This document shows positions 1 to 13,140 of a stretch of DNA of 64,000 nt, piece after piece. Location: NCBI GenBank assembly GCA_030390025.1, contig CM059432.1, positions 94,738,001 through 94,802,000 on the forward strand. Reading direction: 5' to 3'. This DNA is from Squalus acanthias. Taxonomy: Eukaryota. The position numbers and the translations under genes are program-made. How positions within the stretch are numbered: the first letter of the stretch is position 1; each line of letters begins with the position of its first letter. The notes under the pieces were generated by a model. It saw only the letters and a list, made by a program, of their open reading frames with translations, had not been told where the DNA came from and did no database searches.

Positions 1-239
1 TCCAGCATAATTCTTTATAAATTTATTTCTCCCTAGCCCTCAATTGTTCCAATCCAAATTACGTTTCGCTTTTTACTTTAACTTTAATCCCTCTGACAGG
101 TACCAGTGTGTTTAACTCCATCCTGATTGTTTCAAAGTCAGTTTCTCTATGGAGTATATGTCAGTGCCTTGATGATTTAAAACATTGTCTCACTCTCCGG
201 AGCCACATTTACCATTTCATGTTGTGCTGTTGTCAAGTA

Positions 240-429
240 ACTGAGCATGCCTGAGACCTGTTCTTCAGTGCAAATTGATAAAGAGGAGGTACTAGAAAGG
301 CTGGCTGTACTTAAAGTAAAGGGAAAGGGCGGGGGAGTGGGACTAGCTGAAGTGCGCTTGCAGAGAGCTGGCACGGGCTCGATGGGCTGAATGGCCTCCT
401 TCTGTGCTGTAACCATTCTATGATTCTAA
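240..429 (+). mobile_element. CR1 LINE remnant (short ORF2 piece plus 3' UTR with attctatg tail)
   Basis: The 3' end gggagtgggactagctgaagtgc...ttctgtgctgtaaccattctatgattcta matches the CR1 3' end at ~46595-46702. Confidence 0.7.
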
Positions 430-1106
430 ATTCACCATGCATTTCCGCATGCTAATTGCTTCATATGTAACAAATCACATCTGCACATATACACCAGTAT
501 CCCAATATCATGCCACACGTGCCATCTGATACAAGCTATTCTTGGGCTTTCAGGAGATCTTATCAAAAGATTGTGGGGTATCTGGAGATCTTTGCTCATC
601 TCCGCCTGCATGGTCCTAATGTCTCGGGTAGTGGCCAGGCTATCAAATTCAGTTTTCTTAAAAAGTTCATAGGCAAGGACACAAACCTCTCCAGGAGAAA
701 GCTATCAATTTACTGTTTTCACCTGCACTTTCCTGACTTTTACTATGATGTACATTACTACCAGATTGATACATTTTGGTAAATTGCACCCAGATGATTT
801 ATTCCAATTCAACTGAGAAAATGATTGTTTAGAAAAATTCCCATTTGGGGGTGTAATGGAGCATTTCCTGTTTCTATCTTACATCTAAGTGGGGCATGTC
901 ATTAATTACCATTCTATCTCATTCATGAGCGCTGGAGGAACTTTACTGTCCAATACAATATTCTCATGATATCTTTAAAACAAAAATCAAATGTTCCCAC
1001 TTGCTCCAAGTTATCAATACATTTTGTTTGTTTATTCTTTATTTTAGAGGACCTTTTATTTCCCAAAAATAACCTAATATATAGTTCCTGAATCAATTTT
1101 ATCAGT

Positions 1107-1280
1107 TCAAAACTCTAATAAATTTGTCAAACACAATTTCCCTTTCATAAAACCATGTTGACTCTGCCTAATCATGTTATGATTTTCTAAGTGACTTGAT
1201 ACCACTGCCTTAACAATGGATTCCAGCATTTTCCCGATGACTGCTGTCAGGCTAACTGGCCTGTAGTTCCCTGTTTTTTC
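1107..1280 (-). mobile_element. CR1 RT fragment (minus strand)
   Basis: Translates to EKTGNYRPVSLTAVIGKMLE...QHGFMKGKLCLTNLLEF, a CR1 RT N-terminal motif. Confidence 0.85.
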
Positions 1281-2879
1281 TAAAGCCGACAAATCCCCTG
1301 GACCTGATGGCCTACATCCTAGGGTTCTAAAAGAGGTGGCTGAAGAGATAGTGGATGCATTGGTTTTGATCTTTCAAAATTCCCTAGATTCTAGAATGGT
1401 CCTAGTGGATTGGAAGATAGCATATGTAACACTGCTATTCAAGAAAGGAGTGAGAGAGAAAACAGGGAACTATAGGCCAGTCAGCCTAACATCAGTCATT
1501 GGGAAAATGTTGGAATTCATTATTAAAGAAGTGGTAACAGGGCACTTAGAAAATGATAATATGATTAGGCAGAGTCAACATGGTTTTATGAAAGGGAAAT
1601 CGTGTTTAACAAATTTATTTGAGTTTTTTGAAGATGTAACTAGCAGGGTAGATAAAGGGGAACCAGTGGATGTAGTATATTTGGATTTCCAAAAGGCATT
1701 CGATAAGGTGCCACATAAAAGGTTATTACACAAGGTGAGGGCTCATGGGGTTGGGGGTAGTATAGTAGCATGGATAGAGGATTGGTTAATGGACAGAAAA
1801 CAGAGAGTAGGGATAAACGGATCTTTTTCAGGTTGGCAGGTTGTAACTAGCAGGGTGCCGCAAAGATCAGTGTTGGGGCCTCAGCTATTTACAATCTATA
1901 TTAATGACCGAGATGAAAGGACCAAGTGTAATGTATCCAAGTTTGCTGATGATACAAAGCTAGGTGGGACAGTAAGCTGTGAGGAGAACACAAAGAGCCT
2001 GCAAAGGGATATAGATAGACGAAGTGAGTGGGCAGTAAGGTGGCAGATGGAGTATAATGTAGGGAAATGTGAGGTTATTCACTTTGGTAGGAAGAATAGA
2101 AATACAGAATATTTTTTAAATGGTGAGAAACTTTCAAATGTTGGTGTTCAGAGCAATTTGGGTGTCCTCGTGCAAGAAACACAGAAAGCTAGCATGCAGG
2201 TACAGCAAGCAATAAGGAAGGCAAACGGCATTTTGGCCTTTATTGCAAGGGGCTTGGAGTATAAGAGTAAGGATATCTTGCTACAATTGTACAGGGCCTT
2301 GGTGAGCTCACACCTGGAGTACTGTGCACAGTTTTGGTCCCTTATCTAAGGAAGGATATACTTGCCTTGGAGGCGGTGCAATGAAGGTTCACTCGATTGA
2401 TTCCTGGGATGAGAGGGCTGTCCTATGATGAGATATTGTGTAGAATGAGTCTATACTCTCTGGATGTTTAGAAGAATGAGAGGTGATCTCATTGAAACAT
2501 ACAAGATTCTGAAGGGGACTGACAGGGTAGATGCTAAGAGTTTGTTTCCCCTGGCTGGAGTGTCTAGAACTAGGGGGCATAGTCTCTGGATAAGGGGTAG
2601 GCCATTTAAGACTGAGATGAGGAGGAATTTCTTCACTCAGAGGGTTGTGAATCTTTGGAATTCTCTGTCCCAGAGGGCTATAAATGCTGAGTCTTTGAGT
2701 ATATTCAAGGCTGAGATAGATAGATTTTTGGACTCTAGGGGAATCAAGGGATATGGAGATTGGGTGGGAAAGTGGAGTTGAGGTCGATGATCAGCCATGA
2801 TCTTATTGAATGGCGGAGCAGGCTCGACGGGCTGTATGGCCTACTCCTGCTCTTATTTCTTATGTTCTTAAGTTCTTAA
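1281..2879 (+). mobile_element. 5'-truncated CR1 (HER1-like) LINE, RT pseudogene plus 3' UTR
   Basis: ORF 1336-2349 has NYRPVSLTS, QHGF, DFQKAFDKV, VPQRSVLGP and KFADD. The frame breaks at ~2345 and resumes in ORF 2464-2781. Tail is ttatgttcttaagttctt. Confidence 0.95.
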
Positions 2880-3249
2880 ATGATCCCAAATCGAAATAGC
2901 AGTAGTGTTGGGCTGACAGGTTTTGTCAATGTTCAATTTTATTTCCCCAGAACTTTCTTCCAAGAACCACCTAGACTGCTCTCAACCAGTTTATTTTAAT
3001 GAAAATTCAATTATCCCCTTTAACTTCAGGTAGATTTTCCATTCTTGTATCAATTTATCTTTTCAGTTCCAATTCAGAAACAAGTGATGCCCAGGCTAGG
3101 TGGTTTTACATGGTGTTTTAACATTAGAGACAGAAGTGCTTGCAATTAGTTTGGAGGTAGCTTCCATATGGATTTGTGGCAAAAAGGGAAAATGGCTGCA
3201 GGGAAGAAGGGTTCTGGCCTACACCGAGCTTTCACTATGTTTTTTCATT

Positions 3250-3380
3250 GATCTCCATTCATATATTTGACAGGTCTTCCTGTCAAATGTATGAAGGGAG
3301 ATTCCCTTCTATGATTGGCTCCTCATGGCCCACGTGATCCCAGGGATGCTGCGAACTACATGCGCCCCTGGGATATGTGG
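3250..3380 (+). mobile_element. Internal fragment of the hairpin-rich MITE family seen at 35456-36205
   Basis: ctccattcatatatttgacagg...tgtcaa...gaagggagattcccttct...catggcccacgtgatcc is nearly identical to 35942-36040. Confidence 0.75.
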
Positions 3381-4428
3381 GTCCCACCCAAAACACAGGA
3401 ACCATTAAAACCTATCACAGAACCCATTAAAGACATGCATAAAGATAGGAGTGCTAGGCCCAGCAAGAAACCCAAAACATGAGGACAATGCAAACTCTGA
3501 TTAAACAACAGATCAACAGGACGCAAGCCATTTGACACTTAGTAAAGTCGTTACTGTTGACGAGGTCTTACAATGACCAGGATTTGATTTGGTTTTGACA
3601 AGGCCAGCTCAATTTAGTATAATTGAAGGCCCATCAAGCAGTTACAACAGTTCAGTAAGAAGAGAGTTCAGGACAATTTAACACCAAGTTAAACCCATCA
3701 AAACTTAACAAGCCCACAAAACCAAGACAATGGAATGAACAGGCCTCAACTGAAACCTAAATCACTTCAACACGAAACTGATTTAGTAAGGGGTTTTGAC
3801 GTGAAAAAGACAAAGGGTCCGAACAGTATAATTGAGAGCCCAATCCCCCAAGAAGCTCTCTCTCAGCTTTGTTCCAGGGGCAGCAAGTTCCAGCAAGACA
3901 CAGACGGGTCTACCAGCCACACGACACGAGCAGGAGGAGGAGAGAAGCAGCAAGTTCCAGCAAGACACTCGACGACCAGACCACCATTGCAGATTTCACA
4001 GACCGGTACCATGTGGGGACGGCAGGCCCCAAAGGACAAAAAGAGAGTACCTCAAAATCGCAATCAACTTACCTGGCTGGATTTCGCACTGTCAAAACCC
4101 CTGTTTGGTGAGCATTATCCCTGATCTCCTGAAACCGAAACCTAGCTAGATAGTGGGATTTTTGGGAGGGATAAGGGTTTTTGTATATTGTCATTCTCCC
4201 TCGCCTGTACCGTGTGTTCCCCAACCTGTTTAACTGTTAAGTGTGTTTTAAGTTTGTTACCTTTTTCTTTTAATAAAAGTCAAAATTCTTTCATCGGAAC
4301 CTGTTGTCTGCTGCATCTTTATTCACTACCCCTAAATAAGTCCAAGGTCTGAACCAGGGGCGTGGGAGCGATTCGAACCGCTCACTGAGTCAGAGGTGAG
4401 GCTGACCCCTACCACACCACCCCCTACA
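3380..4428 (+). mobile_element. 5'-truncated solo LTR, same family as 42637-43878
   Basis: Ends ccaccccctaCA and has AATAAA at ~4272. Shares tagtaaagtcgttactgtt...gaggtcttacaatgacc with the reverse complement of ~43332-43370. Confidence 0.8.
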
Positions 4429-4429
4429 C

Positions 4430-7400
4430 CTCAGACTGTCCAGGTAGTGCAATTATTGCTTTAGCATCCCTATGGACTGCCCAGTGACTGTTCTGGTTGA
4501 GCTGTGACTCCTGTTTTATCTGATCTACATTAGCGTCCTTGGGTTTCAGAGTAGGGTCATCAGCGAAATCTGCAGTGGATACCTCTTGTCTTCTCGCAGC
4601 AGCCTGGAGCGTGGTGCTCCTCGTCAAAGAACGGGCGATGCTGGGAAACCACTGGGTGTAGGCATCATGAAAGCTGTCTTGAAAGTGGGCACACAGCTGC
4701 ATTAACTACTGTCAGCTATCACAGACCAGCTGGACAATAAGGGAGTGAAAGCTTTTGTGGTTGATAAAGATGCCAAGCTAGTCAGCAGGAGCCCTAATAG
4801 CCACATGTGTGCAATCGATGGCATTCTGCACTTGTGGGAATCCTGCACTTGTGGGATCCTGCGATGGCTGCAAAGCCCACAGCCTTTCCCTGCTGGCTCC
4901 TGGGGTCCATGGGGAAGATGATGAAGTAATTAACCCCAGAATACGGGATCATCCTGGCTTCTTTTCTGGCTTTCTCTTCACTACCAACCATCTCCTTAAA
5001 ACCTTCTCCCCTTCCCCCTGACCCTCACCTTCATCAAGTGCGAGGAGCTCAAGGACTTCTTTGCCACTAAGATTAAAACTATCCATTCACTGGCTCTGCT
5101 GCTTGCTGACCTTCCTCTTTCACACCAATCCATACTTCCCCTCAGATAACCCTGTTCTAGCCCTGAACCTACATCTTTTTCCAGTTTCTCTTCTATCTCC
5201 CCTCAAAGCCTCTCTGAGCTCATCTTGTCCGTGAGACACACCTCCTGCTCCCTTGACCCCATTCCCACTAAACTGCTGACCACCCAACTTCCTTTTCTGT
5301 TCTCCATGCTAGCTGATATTGTAAATGGTTCCATCACCTCAGGTACTGTACTATCCCTTTCAAATCTACCATCATCACCACCCTTATCAAAAAAACACTC
5401 TTGATGACCTCTGTCCTTGCAAACATCTGCCCCATCTCCAACCTCCCTTTCCTCTCTAAAGCTCTTGAATATGTTATCAGTTTTCAAATCCATGCCCATC
5501 TGTCCTGCAACTCTAATCAGGTGAATGTGACTGTGGTGCGTTATCCCTCCTCATTCTCCTCAACTGCTCTGTAGCTTTTGACACAGTCAACCACACCATC
5601 CTCCTCCAACACTTCTCCTCCATTGTCCAGCTCAGTGGGACTGCCCTCGCCTGATTCCACTCTTACCTGCCAATTGTAGTCAGAGCATCTTCAGCAATGG
5701 CTTCTCTTCTCGACCCTGCACTGTTATCTATGGAGTCCCACAAAGATCTATCCAAAGCCCTGGCCATTCTTCTTCCTAATCTACATTCTGCCCCTTGGTG
5801 ACACCATCCAAAGATATTGGGTCAGCTTCCGCCTGTACCTTCACCTCTCCATTACCTCTCTTGACATTTCCACTGCCTCTGTGTTTTCAGACTGCATTAT
5901 GTCTTGAATAAGCTGCAAATTTCTCCAGTTAAACATTAGGAAGGTCAAAGCCATTGTCAGCAGCCCCCACTATAAATTATGTACCCTTGCCAGCAATTCC
6001 ATCCTCTTCTCTGGCCATTGTCTCAGGTTGAACAGGACTGTTCACAACCATGGAGTGTTATTTGACTCTGAGCTGAGCTTCTGACTCCATATCCTTTCCA
6101 TCACAAAGATCGCCTACCTCTGTCTCCATAACATCACCTGCCTCTGCTCCTGTTTCAGCCCATCTTCTGCTGAAACCTTCATCCGTGCTTTTATCACCTC
6201 CAGACTCGATTATTTCAATGCTCTCCTAGCCGGCCTTCCATCCCCCAACATACATAAATTTCAGCTGATCCAAACCTCTGCAGCCTATATCCTAACGTGC
6301 ACCAAGTCCCACTCACCCATCACCCCATCCTTGCTGACCTACATTGGCTCCCGGTCTCATAATACCTCCAAATTAAAAGTATCATCCTCATGTTTAAATT
6401 CCTTCATGGCCTCGCCCCTCCCTATCTCTGTAACCTCTTCTATCCCTACAGCCCACCTGAACGCTCTGTTCCTCCGACTCTAATCTTTTGTACATCCCTT
6501 CTTTCATTTCCCCCACCATTAGTAGCCGAGCGTTCAGCCATCTAGGCCACACGCTCTGGATTTCTCCCTTTAACACCCTCCTTAAAACCCATCTCTTTGA
6601 CCAACCTTTTCATCACCCCTCCTAATATCTCCTTATTTGGCTTGGCATCTATTTTTGTATGATTACACCCCTGTGAATTGCCTTGGAACGTTTTTCTACA
6701 TTAAAGGCACTATATAAATGCAAGTTGCTGTTTGTAGGTTGGCATTCATGTTGGAGAGGAAGTTAGCTTCTCGCCTGTCATGTCTCTTTGCTAAAGCCCC
6801 CTCAGGTAAGGTCCTGGATTAACCAGCTGGCGACGAGTAAGCTTGGTACACGGCAGATTCGTACATCCAGAACATAAAGGTGGCTTACACGATGCAAACT
6901 GCCCTGTGCAGGTTTTTCACCACACTGAAAGTAGATGACTGTTATATAGACAATGAAAAAACTGAGACTCGGGACGACAGCTGCTGGAACGTTTTACCTG
7001 GAAGCCGGATATGAGAATACATGCTCATATATCCAGGACTAAATGCCTACCATGACTGGGTTGTAGAGAATCAAGCAGCGGCAGGTGAAAATCTGTACCT
7101 CCAGCTGGCTGAAGCAGTGTTTAATGGGATATGGTGTGTGTCCATGCTGTGGTCAGGAGGATGGTGGTAATGCATTCACATAACTTATGGTGATTTGTGT
7201 TGCTCACCATGAGGATCTCCTGAAACTTGCTGTCCACCTAGCGAAGGACAAATCTGCACCCTCAGTTGTCTGACAACTAACTAATGACTATCCTTTTTGG
7301 AGGAAGATAAGTGGGGACTCTTTGGGGCTAAGGTGGCAGTAGAAGCGCAGAACCAAGTCAAATAAACCTCTGTGGTAGACTAATCTGATACCGTAAGCAG
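4430..7400 (+). mobile_element. Possible very old L1/Tx1-like ORF2 C-terminal remnant, split by the L2 at 4950-6735
   Basis: Only degraded peptides are visible: HPEHKGGL (~6860) and CPCCGQED (~7136, like a zf-RVT knuckle). Many stops and frameshifts. Confidence 0.25.
4950..6735 (+). mobile_element. L2 LINE, degraded
   Basis: Plus strand encodes SCSLDPIPTKLL, YGVPQRS and TSRLDY. The 3' end taaaggcactatataaatgcaagttg is shared with the other L2 copies. Confidence 0.9.
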
Positions 7401-8256
7401 GCAGCTCTGCAGTACACCAGAGCACTGTCAATGATAGATTAACCAGCTTGGCTCATTAATGGAACCTGGAGGGATAGATCTGTCACTGGGGATCAGAATT
7501 CTTCCTACTCAGCTGCAGATAATCCTGCAAGCCAATACCCCAATGGGTAGTGACCCTAGCTGAACTAGCAACAGGAAGCAGTCCTGGTAAGCACAAGTTT
7601 AGCTGATTAAACACCAGCAGTACTCCTCTGCACACTTGGGCTTGCTGAGCCATGAATCTGCCAATTTGTGCCTAGACTCTGTGGACATATAAAGTGGGAT
7701 GTGTCTTTGAGCAAACAGAAACCTGCAATTAAATATAGATTTCTCAGTAGCTTGATTTAGAGGGGGAAAATTCGGTACCTTAGCAGCTCCCGTTAGCCCC
7801 AGCAGATGGTGGTAACGAGGCGCTAGAGCATTATCGCCGGGGTGAAGTGAATTCAATGTCGCACGCCAAATCCCACCTCCCCCCCCCAGCAGCGCCACTG
7901 CTAACAGTTATTACCGGGAGCCTCAACGCCAGGTGGACCATGACGTCAGTGAGTGTGCAAAGCTCACTGGCTGCCTGATCTGCAAAATTGATTGTCACCA
8001 CTTAACTTAGCGCCTGGAGGAAACAGTGACAGGGAGAGCTGACGTGAAGCAGCAGGAAGCCGGCTCCAGGAACATTATTTAAAGGGATCATCAGTAATAA
8101 GTCGCAGCTGTAGGTTAGTGGAGTTTCAGTGCTTTCTTGTCAGTTTCACATAGTGCAAAAGTCTCATTCAGTAATTTCAAGGTTATTTAGTATGAGGAGT
8201 GTTGTGGCAAGTATAAAGTAGCTACATTGACTCTTTAAAAAATCAAACTTGGCTAC

Positions 8257-9445
8257 ATGAATTGGGGCTGTACTGGCAGTCGAATACGCCCTCCAGGATC
8301 GACTGGAGGGAGCGGAGGCAGCGAGAAAGATTGGAACATGTGGCCAGAGGGAGGAAGAGGGCCATCAGGGCTCTCAACTGGAGGCCTTATGCTCTGAGGG
8401 TATTCCGAGAGCACTTCTACCTCCAATTAAGTGAGGAGCAGTATATTAGCAGTGTATTAGAACTCTGCCACCTCCTGAAACCAGACCTCCATCCTCAGAT
8501 CAGGACAACCACAGCTCTCTCAGTGGCAGTCAAGGTCACCATTGCCCTCAGTTTCTTCGCCAGCGGATTCCTCCAGTCTGCAAGAGGAGACATAGCTAGC
8601 ATCTCATAGTTCGCTGTCTATGGCTGCATCCGGGAGGTCACAGAGGCTCTCTACAGTAGGAAAAGGGAAAACATTTCCTTCCCCATCACCAGAGAGAAGC
8701 AGGACGAGCGTGCATGTGGCTTTGTCAGGATAGCGGGATTCCCCATGGTGCAGAGTGCAAAGCCATATGGCTTTGCGGGCACCTCATAACAATCCTGAGA
8801 TCTTCCATAACCGCAAAGGCTACCACTCACTTAATGTGAAGTTGGTGTGCAACCACAGACAGAGAATCCTTAATGTCAATGCCCGCTATCCTGGCAGCAG
8901 CCACGATGCCTTCATCCTGCGCCAGACCGGTGTGCCAGTATTCTTCCAGCCACCACGTCAAGCTCGCAGCTGGCTGGTTGGAGACAAGGGTTATCTGCTC
9001 TCCACCTGCCTCATGACCCCCCCTCCGCAACCCCAACACTCCTGCCCAGCACTCATATAATGAGAGCTATGCTGCCACCAGGAACATCATCGAGCAGACC
9101 ATCGGGGTGCTCAAGCAATGGTTCCGCTGCCTTGACCACTTGGGAGGAGCCCTCCAGTACTCGACTAAGCGGGTGTCCCATTTCGTGGTGGTCTGTTGCA
9201 TGCTCCACAACTTGGCCATCATGAGGGACCAGCCCTTGCCACCAGGGATTGCGGGACCACCTCAGGAGGAGGAAGAGGGAGAGGAGGAGGAGGAGGAGGA
9301 GGAGGAGGAGGAGGAGGACGAGGAGGAAGAGGAAGATGAGGAGGACGAGGAGGACGAGGAGGAGGACGAGAAAGGAGGCAGCCACTCAATCGGCCATCTG
9401 GAAGGGTGGTCCGTGACTGCCTCAACAGCGGTTCGAATGAATTAA
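8257..9445 (+). pseudogene. Harbinger (HARBI1-like) DDE transposase, frameshifted
   Basis: Three ORF pieces carry VAVKVTIALSFFASG, NRKGYHSLNV...ARYPGSSHDAFIL...GDKGY and LKQWFRCLD...CCMLHN, then a poly-Glu tail. Colinear with 27819-28979. Confidence 0.92.
9265..9370 (+). repeat. (GAG)n-rich trinucleotide repeat encoding the acidic transposase tail
   Basis: Runs of gaggaggag are visible directly. Confidence 0.9.
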
Positions 9446-9605
9446 ACCCCAGATCCCCGTTGCTCACCACATCCCCATCATTCCACTCCTGTCGCAGGCC
9501 ATATCACAGCGCAAAGCTGAAATGAGACATACCACAAAAGAATCCAAACGGAATTAATAAATTCATCAAAAATGAGTGAAAACATATTTACAACAAAAAT
9601 ATTAA

Positions 9606-11483
9606 CTATTCACCCTTGTGCAATCCCTTAGTGCCTCTCATTGCTGTGCCTTTGCCTACTCTAGTGCTCCTATGAAGTGTTCGCCCAGTGGCTGCAGCAG
9701 GGCTGGAGGAAGGCTGCTGAGAGTCCGTGCGGGAGACTTCAGATGGCCTTGCAGGACGCCCTCGACCAGCTCTGGGCCTGGAAGGCCTGGCTATAGACTG
9801 CACCACCTCAGCATGGGCAGCAGCAGTCTGGGCTGGCTGGATGACAGGCAGCAACAAGGGCAATGGCAGAGTGGCAGTCGTGGGAGCAGGAATGCTGTCA
9901 TCCTGAGAGAGGACAGCAGGTTCCTGCTCCACTGCCACACCCCCAGGGCAGCACCTCAGCATCCCTAGCAATCTGTTGGAGCACAAATTGCTGGCCTGCT
10001 AAGACACCGTGAAAGCCCCAGTCGATGGTGGTATAACCAACCACGATGACAGCAGTCAGAGCTTGCGTGGCATCAAGCTGAGACTGTATGAGAGCAGTCT
10101 GAGATTGAATGCCACCAAGCATAGGCTGCATTACAGCATTAAGACATTGCGTCACTTCAGCCTGTGCTGCAATGGAAGCTGCCAGATTGCCCATCACATG
10201 CAGCACCAGGTCTGGGTCGCCACAGTTTCTCTGGGAGTCTACCATCCTTTGCAGACTGGAAATGATGGGCTCCATGGTGTGCGCAGAGCTTTGTGCAATG
10301 TTGGAGGCGGACTCCTCCACGCTCCTTATCATTGCCGAGAGGCTCTCGGGCACCCTTGCCATTGCACCTATCATCTCCGTGTGCATGCCCATCACCCTTT
10401 TTCTAAATGCCTCCCCATCAAGGTCTTCATCTGAGTCCTGTGCAGCAGAACTTGCGCACGAACTCGCCCTCCAGGGAGCTGGCCCCCGAGCTACCCTTTC
10501 CCCCTGGCCTTGTTGCAGCTCACTCGTCCCCGGTGACTCACCCTGTGCAGATTCCGCTACTATACTAGCTTCTAAAGAATGCATAGTGCCAGTATCTGAG
10601 CTGGTGCCTGCAGGTGAGACATGCAGTGACGCGGTGTGTTGTTCCTCCTCCTCTTCTCCCGCCTCGCTGTCTACGGTGCCCTCAGGGATAGGCTGCTCAG
10701 GTGCTTGCTCACAAGAGTCGGGATAAGGTGAGGGGAGGGGGACAGGAAGGGAGAAATGCATGCATACAGCATGATTAGCTGGAAAGTGTGAAACGCTTGT
10801 GGGGTGAGGGGGGAAGTGGGATGTGAGAAGAAGGAGTAGGGATGAACAGACCGTTGTTGTCTCCAAGGGGTCAACATCGCCGGTGGTCACAGTGCCCACC
10901 ACCTGGCACCCAATAATCTGCAGCACGCTATTCTCCAGCGCAGACAGTGGTTGGGTGTTGGCTTGTCCCCCACCTGTGCGCTCCTGCTCCCTCCTGTTGT
11001 GAGCCACCTTGGCCTGCAAGAGAAAGGAAAAGTGTGTGAGTGAGTGTGGAGCAATGTGTTTGGGTGATGTGCTTGCCATAGTTGAATAGCTGTCATTGTG
11101 TGCAAGGAGTGAGATGTGGGTGTGACTTTGGTAGGTAGAGATTGTTGATGGGTGAGTGCTGGGGGTGTGGTGCTTTGGGCAGTGTGTGAAAACTATGGTT
11201 CAGATGGTGGTATGTAGCATTTGTTCTAGCATTCTCTCACCCTGACCACCTGAGTGAGGTCGTTAAATTTCTTCCTGCACTGTGTATGAATCCTGGGGAC
11301 CACAGTGCTGCCCGAGATGTGTTGCGCTACCTCCCTCCACATGGTGCGGAAGACTTGCGGCGAGGGCCTCCTGCCACTTGCCAGGTAGAGCACTGTCCTC
11401 CGTCTCTCCACAGTGAACACCAACGCCTCCAATGCTTGATTGCTGAATCTGCGGGCTCTCTCCCTGGGGCGTGGATCTGCCAT
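9606..11483 (-). pseudogene. Harbinger Myb/SANT-like partner gene (spliced; frameshift near 9940)
   Basis: Exon 1 is 11483-11241 (RFSNQALEALV...MWREVA...QCRKKFNDL, donor gtgaga). Exon 2 starts at 11013 after ttgcag (AKVAHNRREQERTGGG). The C-terminus is split between ORFs 9898-11079 and 9606-9986. Confidence 0.85.
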
Positions 11484-12039
11484 GAGTACAGCTGCTTCAG
11501 TCCTCTGACTCCTTCTCCTTGATCTGCTGCTACTTGCTGAGGTTCTGCAGCATTAATGAACCTCCCCTTTAAGAACTGGAAAAAGCCTGTGGCAATCATG
11601 ACTTGTGATTAGACTGCACCTGATATTGGTCCACCCACTGAGTGTAACGCCAAAGAGCTTGGGCTTAAAGACTTGAATTAGTGCTCCAATAATTTCTTTG
11701 AGCAGTGAGCATAAATTTTGCGTGCAGTCTAAAGCATTAGCGCCTGGCGCTAATTCTCCAACTTTTCTAATTATACCACCCATTCCTGGGCTATAATGAA
11801 TTTCTAGCCCAGAGACTCTTAAACATGGTGATGATTTTCTACATTTGTCAGATATCTGGCTGACTCAAAAATGAAATGGTTCAAAGCTGCTGTAATATTT
11901 GTACTGATGTCAACATCTAGCTGTGATTGCTTATATCATGTATAACCATAAGTGACTAAACCTGTTTCATAGTTTAGTCTGTTACAAAAAGTGTCTAGCA
12001 TGGTTGATATTAATCACGTCCTGAAGTGAGGTTGGCATG

Positions 12040-13140
12040 TAGTGGAAATCCTATGTGTAAATACAGAAATGCTGTGGCTGCACCTCTTCAACGGTGCCAT
12101 TAGGCATCTCAGTCAACTTCATCATGAAGATTTGCACATTAGCTCCACTGCTACAACTGCTCCGTCTGTGGCAATTAAAGTGACAATAGTCCTCAACTTT
12201 CATGGCTCTAGATCCTTCCAGGCTGCCACAGGGATCTGTGCAACTTTAGCCAGGAAGCTGTCAGGGCATGCATCCAGCAGGTGATGGATGCCCATTTTTA
12301 TAGAACAGCTAAATTCATCCACTTCAGCATCACCCCTAGACAGCAGAGGCACAGACCCAGGGGTTTGTAGAGGATAGCTAGATTCCCCAGGGTGCAGGGT
12401 TCCACAATGGCACCAAGCAGCCGCTGACATATGTGAATGGGAAGAAATTCCATTCCTTGGTTGTCCAGCTCATACGTGATACTAACCAAGCTGTGTCCTT
12501 ACTCGCCACTCCAAGGGCATCAGAGAGCAAATTCCGCAGAATGTCATCATTGACTGATCGACTTCAGTAGCAGCGCCTCAGCCATACTTTCTTCTACGCA
12601 CCCTACCAGATGACACCAACGCAGATTTCTGTGGCCCAGAAGTACCCTTGCCAGGAATCCTCACCTGTATGAAGAAGTCTAAGCCTACTGAGTGGTCTAT
12701 TTCCTGATTTACTGTACTGTTCATAAAATAATCATGGGACAAGTGCCTAGTGTATTTCAAAGCAAATATTTATTTTATTGCGAGCTATGGGGTGGAAGGT
12801 TTATGCATGTGAGGATAAGGCCGCCAGTTAAGGACTGTGTGACAATTGTGGTGGGAGAGGTTAAATGAGGGATGTTGGGGTGTGAGGATGATAAAGTGGA
12901 GGAAAGTGTTCTGGGGCTGTACAAAGCAGTTGACGTGTGTTGGGGGAGTTGTAGGTGTCCTTACGCAGGGTGTAGTATGAAGGCTTAGTAGTGTGAATGT
13001 TGTTTTAAGAGGGTGAAAAATGTAGTGATGCCCAAGGTGGGCAGGGAGGAAAGGGAGAATGTGGTGACTTGTTGCCTTTGCCTACCCTCACAAAGTATTT
13101 CCACTTCTTTTAGCATTGTTGAGCAGTGCCAGTGCCAACT
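12040..13140. mobile_element. Highly degraded, internally deleted Harbinger remnant
   Basis: Plus strand gives SVAIKVTIVLNFHGSRSFQAATG, ARFPRVQG and KKFHSLVVQL. Minus strand at ~13080-13125 gives QQC*KKWKYFVRVGK, like Myb helix 3. Confidence 0.7.

Larger units (their letters stand above)
7762..11810. mobile_element. PIF/Harbinger DNA transposon copy H1 (decayed, two convergent genes)
   Basis: Imperfect TIRs gggggaaaattc / gaatttctagccc flanked by aga...aga. Transposase on +, Myb/SANT gene on -. Confidence 0.88.

Noticed and set aside
1107..1280. Classic twin-priming 5' inversion
   Set aside because: The inverted piece duplicates sequence already present downstream and is diverged from it, rather than being the adjacent upstream segment.
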